Assembly (NCBI GenBank): GCA_963968025.1
Contig: CAXAFJ010000001.1
Coordinates: 7,428-71,427 of the forward strand
DNA length: 64,000 nt
From: an uncultured Pseudomonadales bacterium
Lineage (GTDB): Bacteria > Pseudomonadota > Gammaproteobacteria > Pseudomonadales > Porticoccaceae
Reading direction: 5' to 3'
Part shown: one piece after another, positions 29,455 to 40,688 of the stretch
How positions within the stretch are numbered: the stretch's first letter is position 1
How the letters are laid out: each line of letters begins with the position of its first letter
Notes under the pieces: generated by a model
Database searches by the model: none
What the model was told of the DNA's origin: nothing
What the model saw: the letters and a program-made list of their open reading frames with translations, nothing else
Program-made: the position numbers and the translations under genes

Positions 29455-30327
29455 ATGAACTGGCTGAAGCGGATTCGACCTAAAGGACCATCGAGCACCA
29501 CAAGTGAACGCTCTAATTCAGTTCCCGAGGGGCTTTGGAAAAAGTGTCCCAAGTGTGCCTCACCGCTCTACCGTCCAGAGTTAGAACGAAATCTCGATAT
29601 TTGCCCGAAATGTGAACACCATATGCGTATTGGCGCCCGCCGACGCTTGGATATCTTTCTCGATACCGATGGCCGCACGGAAGTTGCTCCAGAGGTTGAA
29701 CCTATTGACCGCCTTAAGTTTCGCGATGTTAAAAAGTACAAAGATCGCCTGACTGATGCGCAGAAAAAAACCGGTGAAAAAGACGCCCTGGTTGCCATGA
29801 GTGGCAGCGTTAAGGGGGTACCTGTAGTGGCTGTTGCCTTTGAATTCGCTTTTCACGGTGGCTCTATGGGCTACGCAGTGGGGGAGAAGTTCACCCGTGC
29901 GGCGAAACTGGCGCTGGCCGAAAACAAACCGCTGATCTGTTTCTCGGCTACCGGTGGTGCACGCATGCAGGAGGCCCTGATCTCACTGATGCAAATGGCT
30001 AAAACCAGCGCGATTCTCGAGCGTATGCGCATTGCCGGCGTTCCCTATATTTCAGTCATGACCGATCCAGTTTACGGCGGTGTCTCTGCCAGTCTGGCGA
30101 TGCTGGGGGATATCAATATTGCAGAGCCTGGAGCTCGAGCAGGCTTTGCCGGCCCCAATATTATTGAACAGACCATTCGTCAGAAATTACCCAAAGGTTT
30201 CCAGCGCAGTGAGTTCCTGCTGGAAAAGGGCCAGATCGATATGATTGTTGCCCGCCATCAGATGCGCGATCGTCTCGCCAGCATACTCTCCAAATTTATG
30301 CACCTGCCAGAACCAGTCGATGCCTGA
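29455..30327 (+). CDS. accD: Acetyl-CoA carboxylase carboxyltransferase beta subunit
   Basis: [12 protein letters not shown] zinc finger, [25 protein letters not shown]. Confidence 0.97.
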   Translation: MNWLKRIRPKGPSSTTSERSNSVPEGLWKKCPKCASPLYRPELERNLDICPKCEHHMRIGARRRLDIFLDTDGRTEVAPEVEPIDRLKFRDVKKYKDRLTDAQKKTGEKDALVAMSGSVKGVPVVAVAFEFAFHGGSMGYAVGEKFTRAAKLALAENKPLICFSATGGARMQEALISLMQMAKTSAILERMRIAGVPYISVMTDPVYGGVSASLAMLGDINIAEPGARAGFAGPNIIEQTIRQKLPKGFQRSEFLLEKGQIDMIVARHQMRDRLASILSKFMHLPEPVDA

Positions 30328-31606
30328 GCGCAATCTAGCGGAGTGGTTAACTCTGTTAGAAGCACGGCACCCGGCGGAAATTGATCTAGGGCTCGCGCGT
30401 GTTGCTGCGGTCTGGGCGGCGATCAAACAGCAGCGTCTTCAGCAGGGTGACGCAATCTCTCTGCCACCCGTAATCACAGTCGCCGGCACCAATGGCAAAG
30501 GCTCCTGTCTGGCCAGCATGCAGGCGGTTATGTTGGCTCATGGCTACCGTGTCGGTCTGTTTACCTCCCCGCATTTTTTGCACTACAACGAGCGTATTGC
30601 TGTCCAGGGCCAGCCGGTTGAGGATGCAACCATTGTCTGCGCCTTTGATGAGATTGAAGTGGCCCGCGGTGATACCTCTTTAACCTATTTTGAATTTGGC
30701 GCCCTCGCTGCGCTGTTGGTCTTTGTCGATGCTGGACTCGATCTAATGCTCTTGGAAGTCGGCTTGGGCGGACGCCTCGATGCGATCAATATTATTGACG
30801 CCGATGTCGCCGTCGTCACCAGCATTGCCCTGGACCATCAGGCTTGGTTGGGTGATACCCGAGCGTTAATCGCCGTGGAAAAGCTTGGTATAGCCCGTCC
30901 CTCGAAACCCTTAGTGGTTGCCGAAGCGGATGGTCCTGAGGGCTTTGAACAGATGATCGCGGCCACTGGCGCAGAGGCCTCTGTGATTGGCCAAGATTTT
31001 ACTCTGAGCCCAGAGAATGATGGTTTTAGTCTTCAGCTCAAGACGTTGAATGCGGAGTCCGAGTATTTGCACGGTCTGCCGACATCGGGCTTGCTGCCGA
31101 TCAATAAGGCGGCAGCACTGCAGGCACTGAGCTGCGCTGGCTTTAGTTTGGCTAACCACAAAGTCATTGCTGCGCTGGAGGGATTAACTCTCACTGGCCG
31201 CCAGCAACGGCTCTCAATTGATGACCGTGCGGTGATTCTCGATGTCGCCCATAATCCCGCGGCGGCGAAAGCCTTGGCCGCAGCCCTGAAACCTATCAGT
31301 GGACGCTATCTCGCGGTTGCCTCGGTACTCAACGATAAGGATTGGCTGGGTATTGTCGAGCCCTTATCAGAGATTTTTGGCGACTGGCGAATCGCCGAAA
31401 TAAGCGCTAACGAGAGGGCCACTAAAGCTCAAACCCTGCAGGAAGTGTTATACAATGCTGGCCTTTCAAGCAGATTGTTCGAGTCGCTAGAAGAGGCATT
31501 TCTAAGTGCCCTTAAAGCGGCCACTAAAGACGACGTGATTGTAGTGTTCGGATCTTTTCACACCGTCTCGGCAGTACTTAATATGCAGCGTGAGTCTGAT
31601 GGGTGA
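30320..31606 (+). CDS. folC: Folylpolyglutamate/dihydrofolate synthase
   Basis: [40 protein letters not shown]; ATG 30320 overlaps the accD end. Confidence 0.95.
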   Translation: MPERNLAEWLTLLEARHPAEIDLGLARVAAVWAAIKQQRLQQGDAISLPPVITVAGTNGKGSCLASMQAVMLAHGYRVGLFTSPHFLHYNERIAVQGQPVEDATIVCAFDEIEVARGDTSLTYFEFGALAALLVFVDAGLDLMLLEVGLGGRLDAINIIDADVAVVTSIALDHQAWLGDTRALIAVEKLGIARPSKPLVVAEADGPEGFEQMIAATGAEASVIGQDFTLSPENDGFSLQLKTLNAESEYLHGLPTSGLLPINKAAALQALSCAGFSLANHKVIAALEGLTLTGRQQRLSIDDRAVILDVAHNPAAAKALAAALKPISGRYLAVASVLNDKDWLGIVEPLSEIFGDWRIAEISANERATKAQTLQEVLYNAGLSSRLFESLEEAFLSALKAATKDDVIVVFGSFHTVSAVLNMQRESDG

Positions 31607-32133
31607 ATTCAATGAGTAATGGGTTACAGCAGCGAATCATCGGGGCGTTAGTTCTCGGCGCCCTGGGTTTGATCGTCTTGCCAATCGTATTTGATTTCGC
31701 CGATCCGCTGAAAATCGATCGCCAGAGTCGCCTTCCTGCAGCACCAGAAATTGCCCCAATTGAAGTTGCCAAAGCACAGCGCCCAGAGGGCAGTGCCAAG
31801 TTGGGCAAGATCGACAGCCTGTTTAATATTGCCAAGTCAAAGCCGATTGTCGATGTCAGCGAAGGCTTTTATGGCCTCAATGAAAACGACCTGCCTCGAG
31901 CATGGGTGCTTCAGGCCGGCAGTTTTGAAGTCCAAGACAAAGCCCAAGGGCTGATGCAGCGACTGCGCAAGAGTGGTTTTAAAGCCTTCGTAAAGACCGC
32001 GATTGTGGAGAGCAAAACCTTCTATCGGGTCTATGTGGGCCCCAAAGCTGACAAGCGCAGGGCGATCGCCGAAAAGAGCAAGATTGACAGTAATTTTGCA
32101 ACCGATGCGATTGTGTTGCAGTACATTCCCTGA
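31603..32133 (+). CDS. dedD: SPOR domain cell division protein (DedD-like)
   Basis: QRIIGALVL TM segment, WVLQAGSF, YRVYVGP; between folC and cvpA. Confidence 0.8.
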   Translation: MNSMSNGLQQRIIGALVLGALGLIVLPIVFDFADPLKIDRQSRLPAAPEIAPIEVAKAQRPEGSAKLGKIDSLFNIAKSKPIVDVSEGFYGLNENDLPRAWVLQAGSFEVQDKAQGLMQRLRKSGFKAFVKTAIVESKTFYRVYVGPKADKRRAIAEKSKIDSNFATDAIVLQYIP

Positions 32134-32147
32134 TGCGAGGTTAGCCA

Positions 32148-32648
32148 ATGGACGTGGCCACTGTAGATTGGATAATTATTGGATTGGTAGCGTTTTCAGC
32201 GCTGATCAGTCTGATTCGCGGTTTTGTCAAAGAGGCCATGTCACTGGTTATCTGGATGCTCGCCTTTGCCGTGGCGGTGAATTTTAAACAGCCGGCGGCA
32301 GAGCTGTTAACAAATATGATCAATCAGCCATCAATCAGGCAGTTGGTGGCCTTTGGTGCGCTTTTTGTCGGAACCTTACTGCTTGGCAGTATGGTCAATT
32401 TTTTATTGGGTAAATTAGTCAGCTCAACCGGATTGAGCGGAACCGACAGGATGCTCGGGCTGGTTTTTGGTGTTTTTCGGGGGATGTTAATCGTGCTTGC
32501 GCTGGTGGTGGTATTGCCCAGCGCGTTGCCGGTTGACCAAGACCCCTGGTGGCAAGCGTCGGCGTTGATTCCTGTATTCCAGAGCTTTGAAGTCTGGGGC
32601 AGAGAGACAGCGGCGGCGATTAAAGATCTTCTACTAGGTTGGGTATAA
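32148..32648 (+). CDS. cvpA: Colicin V production protein
   Basis: VDWIIIG, RGFVKEAMSL, GLSGTDRMLGLVFG. Confidence 0.93.
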   Translation: MDVATVDWIIIGLVAFSALISLIRGFVKEAMSLVIWMLAFAVAVNFKQPAAELLTNMINQPSIRQLVAFGALFVGTLLLGSMVNFLLGKLVSSTGLSGTDRMLGLVFGVFRGMLIVLALVVVLPSALPVDQDPWWQASALIPVFQSFEVWGRETAAAIKDLLLGWV

Positions 32649-32651
32649 CAG

Positions 32652-34193
32652 ATGTGCGGTGTTGTTGGAATTTCTGGAACTTCAAATGTTAATGTGCGTC
32701 TCTATGATGCCTTGACGGTTTTGCAGCATCGCGGTCAGGATGCCGCGGGCATCGTCACCGACAACGATGGTGAAATCCATGTGTGCAAAGGTGTTGGCCT
32801 GGCGCGAGATGTGTTTCGCACCGAGCATATGGCGCGACTGGTGGGCAATGTGGGTATTGGTCATGTGCGTTATCCCACCGCCGGCAGTTCCGGTCCCGCT
32901 CTGGCACAGCCGTTTTATGTCAACTCGCCCTATGGTATCTGCATCGCCCACAACGGCAATCTGACCAATGCCGATGAATTGCGCAAACATATCTTTCGCT
33001 CCGATTTACGTCACCTGAACACTGATTCCGATTCTGAAGTATTGCTCAATGTCTTCGCCCATGAATTACAGCTGCGCCGCAAGCTCGAACCCTCAAGTGA
33101 GGATATTTTTGATGCCGTGCGCAATGTTCATCTGCGCTGTCGTGGCGCCTATGGGGTAGTCGGAGTGGTTGCCAACCACGGCATGTTTGCCTTTCGCGAT
33201 ATCTACGGTATTCGACCACTCTGCTACGGCGCTCGTGAGACCGAAGCTGGCATCGAGTATGCGGTTGCCTCTGAGAGTGTTGTGCTCGACAGCATGGGCT
33301 TTGGTCAGATTAAAGATCTGCAGCCCGGTGAAGCGCTGTTTGTCGACAATAAAGGCGAGATTCACTTTCAGCAATGTTCGTCCAAGGCTGAGTTAGTACC
33401 CTGCATGTTTGAACATGTGTACTTCGCCCGTCCGGATTCAATGATGGACGATATCTCGGTGTACAAATGTCGCCTGCGAATGGGTGAAAAGCTCGCCGAG
33501 AAAGTACTGCGTCTAATGCCCGATCACGACATTGATGTGGTGATCCCGATTCCCGACACCAGTCGTGTCTCTGCTCAAGCTATGGCGGAGACTCTGGGGG
33601 TCAAATTGCGTGAAGGCTTTATGAAGAATCGCTACATCGGCCGCACCTTTATTATGCCGGGCCAGACTCAGCGCAAGAAGTCTGTGCGCCAAAAGCTCAA
33701 TGCGGTGAAGCTTGAATTTGCCGGCAAGAATGTGATGCTGGTGGATGACTCAATTGTTCGCGGCACCACCTCGAAAGAAATTATTCAGATGGCCCGTGAT
33801 GCCGGCGCTAAAAAGGTCTATATGGCCTCAGCTGCTCCTGGCGTGCGCTATCCCAATGTCTATGGTATCGATATGCCGTCGGCTAAAGAGTTGATTGCAC
33901 ACGGTCGCAGCGACGAGGAAGTGGGCGAGATTATTGGCGCCGACTGGATGATCTATCAAGACCTTGAAGATCTGGTGGCATCGGCTGCCGAGGGTAACCC
34001 ATCGATCAAGCGATTTGAATGCTCCGTGTTTAACGGCGATTATGTCACTGGCGATGTGGACGAAGCCTATCTGTCGCATATTGATCAGCAGCGCAATGAC
34101 AATGCCAAGAGTGAAGGTGGCGCCCCTGAAGGCAGGCAAAAAAATCAGGTTATTGGTATTCACAATAACAACAGTGAAGCGAATATTAACTAA
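32652..34193 (+). CDS. purF: Amidophosphoribosyltransferase
   Basis: N-terminal [37 protein letters not shown]. Confidence 0.98.
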   Translation: MCGVVGISGTSNVNVRLYDALTVLQHRGQDAAGIVTDNDGEIHVCKGVGLARDVFRTEHMARLVGNVGIGHVRYPTAGSSGPALAQPFYVNSPYGICIAHNGNLTNADELRKHIFRSDLRHLNTDSDSEVLLNVFAHELQLRRKLEPSSEDIFDAVRNVHLRCRGAYGVVGVVANHGMFAFRDIYGIRPLCYGARETEAGIEYAVASESVVLDSMGFGQIKDLQPGEALFVDNKGEIHFQQCSSKAELVPCMFEHVYFARPDSMMDDISVYKCRLRMGEKLAEKVLRLMPDHDIDVVIPIPDTSRVSAQAMAETLGVKLREGFMKNRYIGRTFIMPGQTQRKKSVRQKLNAVKLEFAGKNVMLVDDSIVRGTTSKEIIQMARDAGAKKVYMASAAPGVRYPNVYGIDMPSAKELIAHGRSDEEVGEIIGADWMIYQDLEDLVASAAEGNPSIKRFECSVFNGDYVTGDVDEAYLSHIDQQRNDNAKSEGGAPEGRQKNQVIGIHNNNSEANIN

Positions 34194-34257
34194 GCTTGGC
34201 GGTTGTTTTAGGACGAGTTTTGGACGCTTATGAACATTTATGGAGAGTTGAAGGACT

Positions 34258-35478
34258 ATGTCGGATAACTCAGACAGCACAGATAACAACCAGCCAGTCG
34301 CGGCGGTAGACGCCTATCAGCAGGCAACGCTGGCCATCCGCAGCGGCTATCAGCGCACTCATGAGGCCGAGCACTCAGAGGCACTATTCCTCACGTCAAG
34401 CTATGTGTTTGAAAATGCCGAGCTGGCAGCCAAGCACTTTAGCAATGAACTCCAGGGCAATGTTTACTCCCGCTACACCAATCCCACTGTACGTGCTTTC
34501 GAAGAGCGCCTTGCGGCGATGGAAGGTGGCGAGCAGGCCGTGGCGACCTCATCCGGCATGGCAGCAACACTCAGTGTGGTTATGGCGCTGCTGCAGTCTG
34601 GGGATCATATTCTCTGCTCCAAGGATGTCTTTGGCAGCACCCGCGTGATGTTAAATAAGTATATTGTTAAGTTCGGCGTTGAGGTGACCTATGTCTCCCT
34701 CACCGATCTCGATGCTTGGCAGCAGGCGATTCAGCCCAATACCAAAATGCTCTTTTGCGAAAGCCCGTCTAATCCCATGTCGGAGATAGCCGATCTTGAG
34801 GCACTGGCCGCGCTGTCGAAAAAGGCTGGCGCACTCTTTGTCGTCGATAACTGTTTCTGTACACCGGTACTGCAAAAGCCTCTCCAGTGGGGTGCGGATA
34901 TAGTGGTCCATTCGGCGACTAAATATCTCGACGGGCAGGGTCGTTGTCTCGGCGGTGCTTTAGTTGGTAACAGTGAGCTGATGGAAAAGGTCGTCGGCTT
35001 TTTACGCGCAGCCGGTCCCACCATGAGCCCTTTTAATGCCTGGGTATTTCTTAAAGGTTTGGAGACCCTGCGTATTCGTATGCAGGCGCACTCGGCTAAT
35101 GCCGCGGAGCTGGCCACTTGGTTAAACGATCATCCCAAGGTCACTAAGGTGTTTTATGCTGGCCTGGAAGATCATCCCGGTCACAGCTTGTCCAAGAAGC
35201 AGCAATCTGATTTTGGTGGCGTACTCTCTTTTGCTGTTGCCGGTGGTCGCGAGCAAGCTTGGACGGTGATCGATAACACGCGCATGCTTTCCTTGACCGC
35301 CAATCTCGGTGACACTAAAACCACCATAGTGCATCCGGCAACTACCACCCACGGTAGGCTCTCTGATGAGGAGCGCCAGCAGGCGGGAATTAGTGAAAAT
35401 CTGATTCGTATTGCTGTGGGTCTGGAAGATATTGTCGATATTAAAAATGACTTGGAATTGGGTCTAAATCGAATCTAG
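34258..35478 (+). CDS. metZ: O-succinylhomoserine sulfhydrylase
   Basis: [52 protein letters not shown]; follows purF. Confidence 0.93.
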   Translation: MSDNSDSTDNNQPVAAVDAYQQATLAIRSGYQRTHEAEHSEALFLTSSYVFENAELAAKHFSNELQGNVYSRYTNPTVRAFEERLAAMEGGEQAVATSSGMAATLSVVMALLQSGDHILCSKDVFGSTRVMLNKYIVKFGVEVTYVSLTDLDAWQQAIQPNTKMLFCESPSNPMSEIADLEALAALSKKAGALFVVDNCFCTPVLQKPLQWGADIVVHSATKYLDGQGRCLGGALVGNSELMEKVVGFLRAAGPTMSPFNAWVFLKGLETLRIRMQAHSANAAELATWLNDHPKVTKVFYAGLEDHPGHSLSKKQQSDFGGVLSFAVAGGREQAWTVIDNTRMLSLTANLGDTKTTIVHPATTTHGRLSDEERQQAGISENLIRIAVGLEDIVDIKNDLELGLNRI

Positions 35479-35528
35479 TCTGCGTACAACCTATTATTAA
35501 TGGGCGATCAATCGCCGGGGTTCAAGCC

Positions 35529-36152
35529 ATGTTCACGTTAAATCTTCCCACTGCGGATCAGGCATTGCCCGGTCGCGACTCCGCGATGCAAATCAGTAAC
35601 CGAAACGTTATCAATGGCCAGCCACTGCAGCCGCCATTTGCCGAGGGTCTCTGCTCAGTGGTGGTGGGTATGGGCTGTTTCTGGGGCGCTGAGCGACGCT
35701 TTTGGCAGCAGGACGGGGTGGTTACTACAGCTGTGGGCTATGCGGGGGGAGCGACTCCCAACCCGACTTATGAAGAGGCCTGTTCCGGTATGACGGGGCA
35801 CTCAGAAGTGGTGTTGGTGGTGTTTGATCCTGCACAAATAAGCTTTGATCAGTTACTGAAAGTGTTTTGGGAATCTCATGATCCCACTCAGGGTATGCGT
35901 CAGGGCAATGATCAGGGCAGCCAATATCGCTCGGTGATCTACTGTGATACTGAGGTCCAGCTTCAGCAGGCATTGGCTTCTGCTGAGACAGTTCAGGGCC
36001 AGTTGACTACTTTAGGTTTCGGTGAGATTACTACTGAGATTTGTATGGCGCCGACGTTCTTTTACGCTGAGGAATATCACCAGCAGTATCTGGCTAAGAA
36101 TCCTGGTGGCTACTGTGGATTGCGTGGTACGGGGATTAGCTGCGCGATTTAG
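35529..36152 (+). CDS. msrA: Peptide methionine sulfoxide reductase A
   Basis: [34 protein letters not shown]. Confidence 0.97.
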   Translation: MFTLNLPTADQALPGRDSAMQISNRNVINGQPLQPPFAEGLCSVVVGMGCFWGAERRFWQQDGVVTTAVGYAGGATPNPTYEEACSGMTGHSEVVLVVFDPAQISFDQLLKVFWESHDPTQGMRQGNDQGSQYRSVIYCDTEVQLQQALASAETVQGQLTTLGFGEITTEICMAPTFFYAEEYHQQYLAKNPGGYCGLRGTGISCAI

Positions 36153-36167
36153 TTAATGGTGGCTGGA

Positions 36168-36364
36168 GAGCCTCAGCTATTTTGGGGGGAGCCTCAGCTA
36201 TTTTGAGGGAGATCCTTCGGCTTCGCTCAGGATGACAAAATATACGTTGTCATCCCGACCCACATTACGTTTTCATCCCGACCCACATTACCCTGTCATC
36301 CCGACCGCAGTGCAGGGATCTCATCCAGTCGGCACAAGATCCTTCGAGTTAGCTCAGAATGACA
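36168..36364. repeat. REP-like cluster between convergent msrA and enoyl-CoA hydratase
   Basis: 17-bp exact duplication at 36168-36184 and 36189-36205; units at 36209-36237 (-), 36294-36322 (+), 36337-36364 (-); two 23-bp partial units at 36248-36293. Confidence 0.9.
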
Positions 36365-36378
36365 ACTACCTCTGTAAT

Positions 36379-37134
36379 CTAACGTTTCAAAATCGCCGAG
36401 ATAGCCGCCTTGGCTTCCGGCGACGCAACGCGCTTGGCAAACTCCTTTGACTCAATGCTGATACGCTCCGCCAAGGGCTCCATATCCCGACGCATCAGCG
36501 CCTTGCTCTGCACCAACGCATCACGCGACTTACCCGCCAGCTTGGCTGCAGTCGCCATGGCACAGGCCATCAGGTTATCGCTGCTACAGATCTGATTAAT
36601 CAGGTTGTATTGCAGTGCTGTCGCGGAATCAAATCGATCTCCCAAGAGCAGCATCTCAGCGGCTTTCACATAGCCACAACGCATGGGCAAGAGCAGCGAC
36701 GAACCAAACTCAGGCACCGCAGCCAGATTAATAAACGGCATCATAAATACGCTGCTGGGCGTTGAATAAACAAATTCACAGTGCAATAGCAGGGTCGTAC
36801 CTATACCTACCGCAAACCCATCGACGGCGGCAATAACCGGTACTGGGCAGGTGGAGAGGGCACGCATAAATTCCCATACTGGGGCTGTTGCGCCGTCCTC
36901 AACGGCCGGTGGCCGGGCGAGAAAATCTTCCAAATCATTGCCGGCAGAAAAGTCCTTGCCACCTGAGAACACCACCACACTGACGTCTTCACGGGTGGCG
37001 CGATGATCAAAAATATCCGCTAACTGGGCATACATATCTGAGGTGAGGGCGTTTTTTTTATCTGGCCGATTGATGCTGACGGAGAGGATGCCATCGGCAT
37101 AGTGACTTTTAATAAGGTCTGGCATATCTGACAT
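36379..37134 (-). CDS. Enoyl-CoA hydratase/isomerase family protein
   Basis: INRPDKKNALT, FSAGNDL, IAAVDGFAVGIGTTLLLHC, PEFGSS. Confidence 0.92.
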   Translation of the reverse strand: MSDMPDLIKSHYADGILSVSINRPDKKNALTSDMYAQLADIFDHRATREDVSVVVFSGGKDFSAGNDLEDFLARPPAVEDGATAPVWEFMRALSTCPVPVIAAVDGFAVGIGTTLLLHCEFVYSTPSSVFMMPFINLAAVPEFGSSLLLPMRCGYVKAAEMLLLGDRFDSATALQYNLINQICSSDNLMACAMATAAKLAGKSRDALVQSKALMRRDMEPLAERISIESKEFAKRVASPEAKAAISAILKR

Positions 37135-37186
37135 AGCTGTGCTCTTTATTAGAATTATTGTTGGTTAAAGCTAGTGCTACCGAGCC

Positions 37187-38833
37187 CTAATAGCTAAGCC
37201 CGCGCAGGCGCTCGGATTTAGGGTCAGCCAATGGAATCGCTGCGAGTAAATCTCGTGTGTACTGTTGCTGGGGGGCTGCCCACAGCGCCTCAGTATCACC
37301 GGTCTCAATGATCACACCCTTATTCATCACCACTACCCGATCGGAAATATAGCGAACTACCGAGAGGTCGTGGGAGATAAACATCATGGTCAAGTTATGC
37401 TTCTCCACTAGATTCAGAATCAGATCGAGAATCTGTGCCTGAATGGTAACATCTAGAGCCGACACCGGTTCATCGGCAATAATCAATTCCGGCTTGGTGG
37501 CAATAGCGCGACCAATAGCAATTCGCTGGCGCTGACCACCGGAAAACTCATGGGGATATTTACGCATATTACTGCGTGCCAGACCTACATCGTCCATCAG
37601 CTGCTGGACTTGCTGGTCAATGTTTTTGGCATTAGCCAGGCCGTAATAGAGCAGCGGTTCGGCCAAGGTTTGGTAGACCGTCATACGCGGATTTAACGAG
37701 GCATAGGGATCTTGAAAGATCATCTGCATCTTGCGCCGCCAGGGAACTAACTGGCCTGGACTGAGCCTGTTAAGTTCAACCCCATCGAAGTTGATCGAGC
37801 CCGCGGTAATCGGCGCCAGCTGTAAAATCGAACGTCCCAGTGTTGACTTTCCAGAGCCTGATTCGCCCACTAGGCCGAGGATCTCACCCCGTTGAATCTC
37901 TAGAGACACACCATCCACCGCCTTTATATCCCCAGTCGGTGTCTTGCTGTAATCGCGAAAATAGGTCTTTAGGTTTTCCACGCGGATCATTGGCTTGTCA
38001 GACTTTTCTGGGTGGGCGCGGTTGGGCATAAGCTTGGCGCCCTCGGGAATCGCGGCTAATAATTTCTTTGTGTAATCATCCTCAGTGCGATAAAAAATAC
38101 CCTCGGCATCATTGGCCTCGCGCACTGTGCCTTCGCACATCACCATGATCTTGTCGGCAATGCCGGCAACCACCCCCAGGTCATGGCTAATAAAGATCAC
38201 CGCCACATCACGCTTCTTTTGCAGGGTTTTAATCAAGGCCAAGATCTGCGCCTGAATGGTGACATCTAAGGCAGTGGTGGGCTCATCACAGATTAATAAC
38301 CGCGGTTCATTAATCAGCGCCATGGCAATCATTACCCTCTGGCGCATACCACCGGAAAACTCATGGGGGAAGCAGTCAAAGCGCTGTTTGGCCTCACCAA
38401 TGCCCACTTCTTCGAGCAGCTCGATAGCCCGCAGGCGCGCGTCAGAACGGCTCTGGCGGCGGCTTTTATCCTGGTTGTAGATCAGCGGTTCAATCAGCTG
38501 TTCGCCAATGCTGATAAAGGGATTAAGCGAGGTCATGGGATCTTGGAAGATCATCGCAATATCGTTGCTGCGAAAGCGCCGCATCTGGGCAGCGTCGCAA
38601 CTCAGCAGATCGATGCCATCAAACAGGGCAGTGCCGGCTTCAATCTTGGCCGGTGGCTTCGGCAGCAGATCTAGCAGGCTGTAACAGGTCACGGATTTGC
38701 CCGAACCGGACTCGCCAACAATCGCCAGAGTCTCACCGGCATCAACCGTAAAGCTGACGTCATCCACGGCTTTGGTTACACCATTTCTGCTGTAAAAATA
38801 GATACTTAGCCCATTTACCTCAAGTAATGCCAT
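37187..38833 (-). CDS. Peptide ABC transporter ATP-binding protein, fused duplicated ATPase
   Basis: Two GESGSGKS Walker A motifs and two PHEFSGG(M/Q)RQR signatures. Confidence 0.95.
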   Translation of the reverse strand: MALLEVNGLSIYFYSRNGVTKAVDDVSFTVDAGETLAIVGESGSGKSVTCYSLLDLLPKPPAKIEAGTALFDGIDLLSCDAAQMRRFRSNDIAMIFQDPMTSLNPFISIGEQLIEPLIYNQDKSRRQSRSDARLRAIELLEEVGIGEAKQRFDCFPHEFSGGMRQRVMIAMALINEPRLLICDEPTTALDVTIQAQILALIKTLQKKRDVAVIFISHDLGVVAGIADKIMVMCEGTVREANDAEGIFYRTEDDYTKKLLAAIPEGAKLMPNRAHPEKSDKPMIRVENLKTYFRDYSKTPTGDIKAVDGVSLEIQRGEILGLVGESGSGKSTLGRSILQLAPITAGSINFDGVELNRLSPGQLVPWRRKMQMIFQDPYASLNPRMTVYQTLAEPLLYYGLANAKNIDQQVQQLMDDVGLARSNMRKYPHEFSGGQRQRIAIGRAIATKPELIIADEPVSALDVTIQAQILDLILNLVEKHNLTMMFISHDLSVVRYISDRVVVMNKGVIIETGDTEALWAAPQQQYTRDLLAAIPLADPKSERLRGLSY

Positions 38834-38838
38834 ATCAA

Positions 38839-39753
38839 TTAATCCTTTGAGGTTCTGGGGTCGAGGGCATCGCGTAGGCCGTCGCCAAGAAAGTTGAGTG
38901 CAAACAGGGTCAGAGACAATGTCACGCCGGGGAATATCAATAGCCAGGGATATTCTTCCATGGTTTCGACGCCGTAATTAATCAGCAGGCCCCATGAGCT
39001 CTGTGGCGGTTGAATACCGAGTCCGAGAAAGCTTAAAAAGGCTTCCAGAAGCATCACACTGGGAATGGTTAAGGTGGTGTAAACAATCACTGGGCCCAGG
39101 GTGTTGGGAATAATATGGCGGCGGATAATGGTCCATTGGGAGAGTCCCAGTGAGTGAGCCGCTTCAACAAATTCCTGCTTGCGCAGTGACATTACCTGGC
39201 TGCGAACAATCCGCGCCATGGTCAGCCATTCGACAGCGCCGATGGCCAAAAACAGCAGCAGTATATTGCGTCCAAAGACGACCATCAGCAGCACGATAAA
39301 AATCATAAAGGGCAGGGCGTACATAATATCGACAATACGCATCATTACTGCGTCGACCCGTCCGCCGACAAAACCGGCGATGGCGCCCCAGAGCACCCCG
39401 ATTATCAGCGCTACTGCGGTGGCAATAAAGCCTACGGTGAGAGAGACACGGCCGCCGTACATAATCCGCGTGAGCATATCGCGGCCAAAGATATCGGTAC
39501 CCAGCCAATGTTCTATAGAGGGGGCGGTGGCACCGAGAATCAAATCTTGCTCTTCGTAACCATAGGGCGCGATCCAAGGAGTCAGTATCGAGATAATACA
39601 GAGCAGAGCCAAAATACCCAGGCCAAATAAGGCCAGATAATTTTTACTCAGCTTGATCCAGGCATCTTTCCACAATGAGGTGCCTTGCTCTTGTTTTTGC
39701 TCTTGCTGTTGTTTTTGCTCTTTTTTTTGTTCTGAGGCTTTAATCTGATTCAT
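38839..39753 (-). CDS. oppC: Oligopeptide ABC transporter permease OppC
   Basis: HWLGTDIFGRD, EFVEAAHSLG, IIRRHIIPN, NFLGDGLRDALDPR. Confidence 0.92.
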   Translation of the reverse strand: MNQIKASEQKKEQKQQQEQKQEQGTSLWKDAWIKLSKNYLALFGLGILALLCIISILTPWIAPYGYEEQDLILGATAPSIEHWLGTDIFGRDMLTRIMYGGRVSLTVGFIATAVALIIGVLWGAIAGFVGGRVDAVMMRIVDIMYALPFMIFIVLLMVVFGRNILLLFLAIGAVEWLTMARIVRSQVMSLRKQEFVEAAHSLGLSQWTIIRRHIIPNTLGPVIVYTTLTIPSVMLLEAFLSFLGLGIQPPQSSWGLLINYGVETMEEYPWLLIFPGVTLSLTLFALNFLGDGLRDALDPRTSKD

Positions 39754-40688
39754 TAGTTATTCCCCCGAGCTTGCTGTCGCAGTTTTGGGTCGAGCCAGAT
39801 GGCGAGCATATCCGAGAGCAGATTAAACAGAATAATCAATGTGGCGAAAAAGATAGTCATACCGAGAATCATGGTGTAATCCCGGTTAAAGGCGGCCTGG
39901 ACATAGAAGCGTCCGAGTCCGGGAATTTGGAAAATGGTTTCTACCACAAAGGAGCCGCCTAACAGCCCGGCAAAGGCTGGTCCTAAAAAGGCCACCACTG
40001 GGATCAAGCCGCCGCGCATTGCGTGCTTAAAGATAATCAGGGGCTCAGAGAGGCCTTTGGCGCGTGCGGTGCGGATATAGTCTTGAGACAGCACTTCGAG
40101 CATGCCGCCGCGAGATAGCCGCGCTATATAGGCAGCGTATCCGGTGCCCAATGTGATCGAGGGCATGATTTTATCCCCGGGCATATCCCCCCAGCCGGAG
40201 ACCGGTAGCCATTCCAAATAGATGCCAAATATCAGCACCAATAAGGGTCCCAATAAGAAAGAGGGCATGCAGATGCCGAGCATCGCCGCGGACATCGGCA
40301 CATAGTCCTGCAGAGTGTTGGGTCGCATGGCGGCGGCGACGCCGGCGCTAACGCCAATAATTAGCGCCACCATCATGGCGTAGAGGGCCAGCTCGGCAGT
40401 GGCGGGTATGCCTGCCGCGATCAGTTCATTAACGGTGCGGCCGGAGTACTTAAACGAGGGGCCGAAGTCACCCTGCACTACATCGCCGAGGTAGCTGATG
40501 TACTGTTTCCAAAGCGGTTGGTCGAGGTTGTACTGGGCTTCCAAGGCTTTGATGACTTCAGGGGGTACGGCTTTATCCGCAGAAAAAGGTCCGCCAGGCG
40601 CAGAGTGCACCAGCATAAAGGTTGCACTGATAACGATCAGCAGCACAGGAATAGCCTGTAGCAGTCGGTTGAGAGCAAATCGCCACAT
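39753..40688 (-). CDS. oppB: Oligopeptide ABC transporter permease OppB
   Basis: APGGPF, DYIRTARAKGL, GSFVVETIFQIPGLG, NRDY. Confidence 0.92.
   Translation of the reverse strand: MWRFALNRLLQAIPVLLIVISATFMLVHSAPGGPFSADKAVPPEVIKALEAQYNLDQPLWKQYISYLGDVVQGDFGPSFKYSGRTVNELIAAGIPATAELALYAMMVALIIGVSAGVAAAMRPNTLQDYVPMSAAMLGICMPSFLLGPLLVLIFGIYLEWLPVSGWGDMPGDKIMPSITLGTGYAAYIARLSRGGMLEVLSQDYIRTARAKGLSEPLIIFKHAMRGGLIPVVAFLGPAFAGLLGGSFVVETIFQIPGLGRFYVQAAFNRDYTMILGMTIFFATLIILFNLLSDMLAIWLDPKLRQQARGNN

Noticed and set aside
22180-30319. Extended ORF-track starts (leuB 22180, truA 27704, trpF 28619, folC 30245)
   Set aside because: Downstream ATGs fit family N-termini and gene overlaps better
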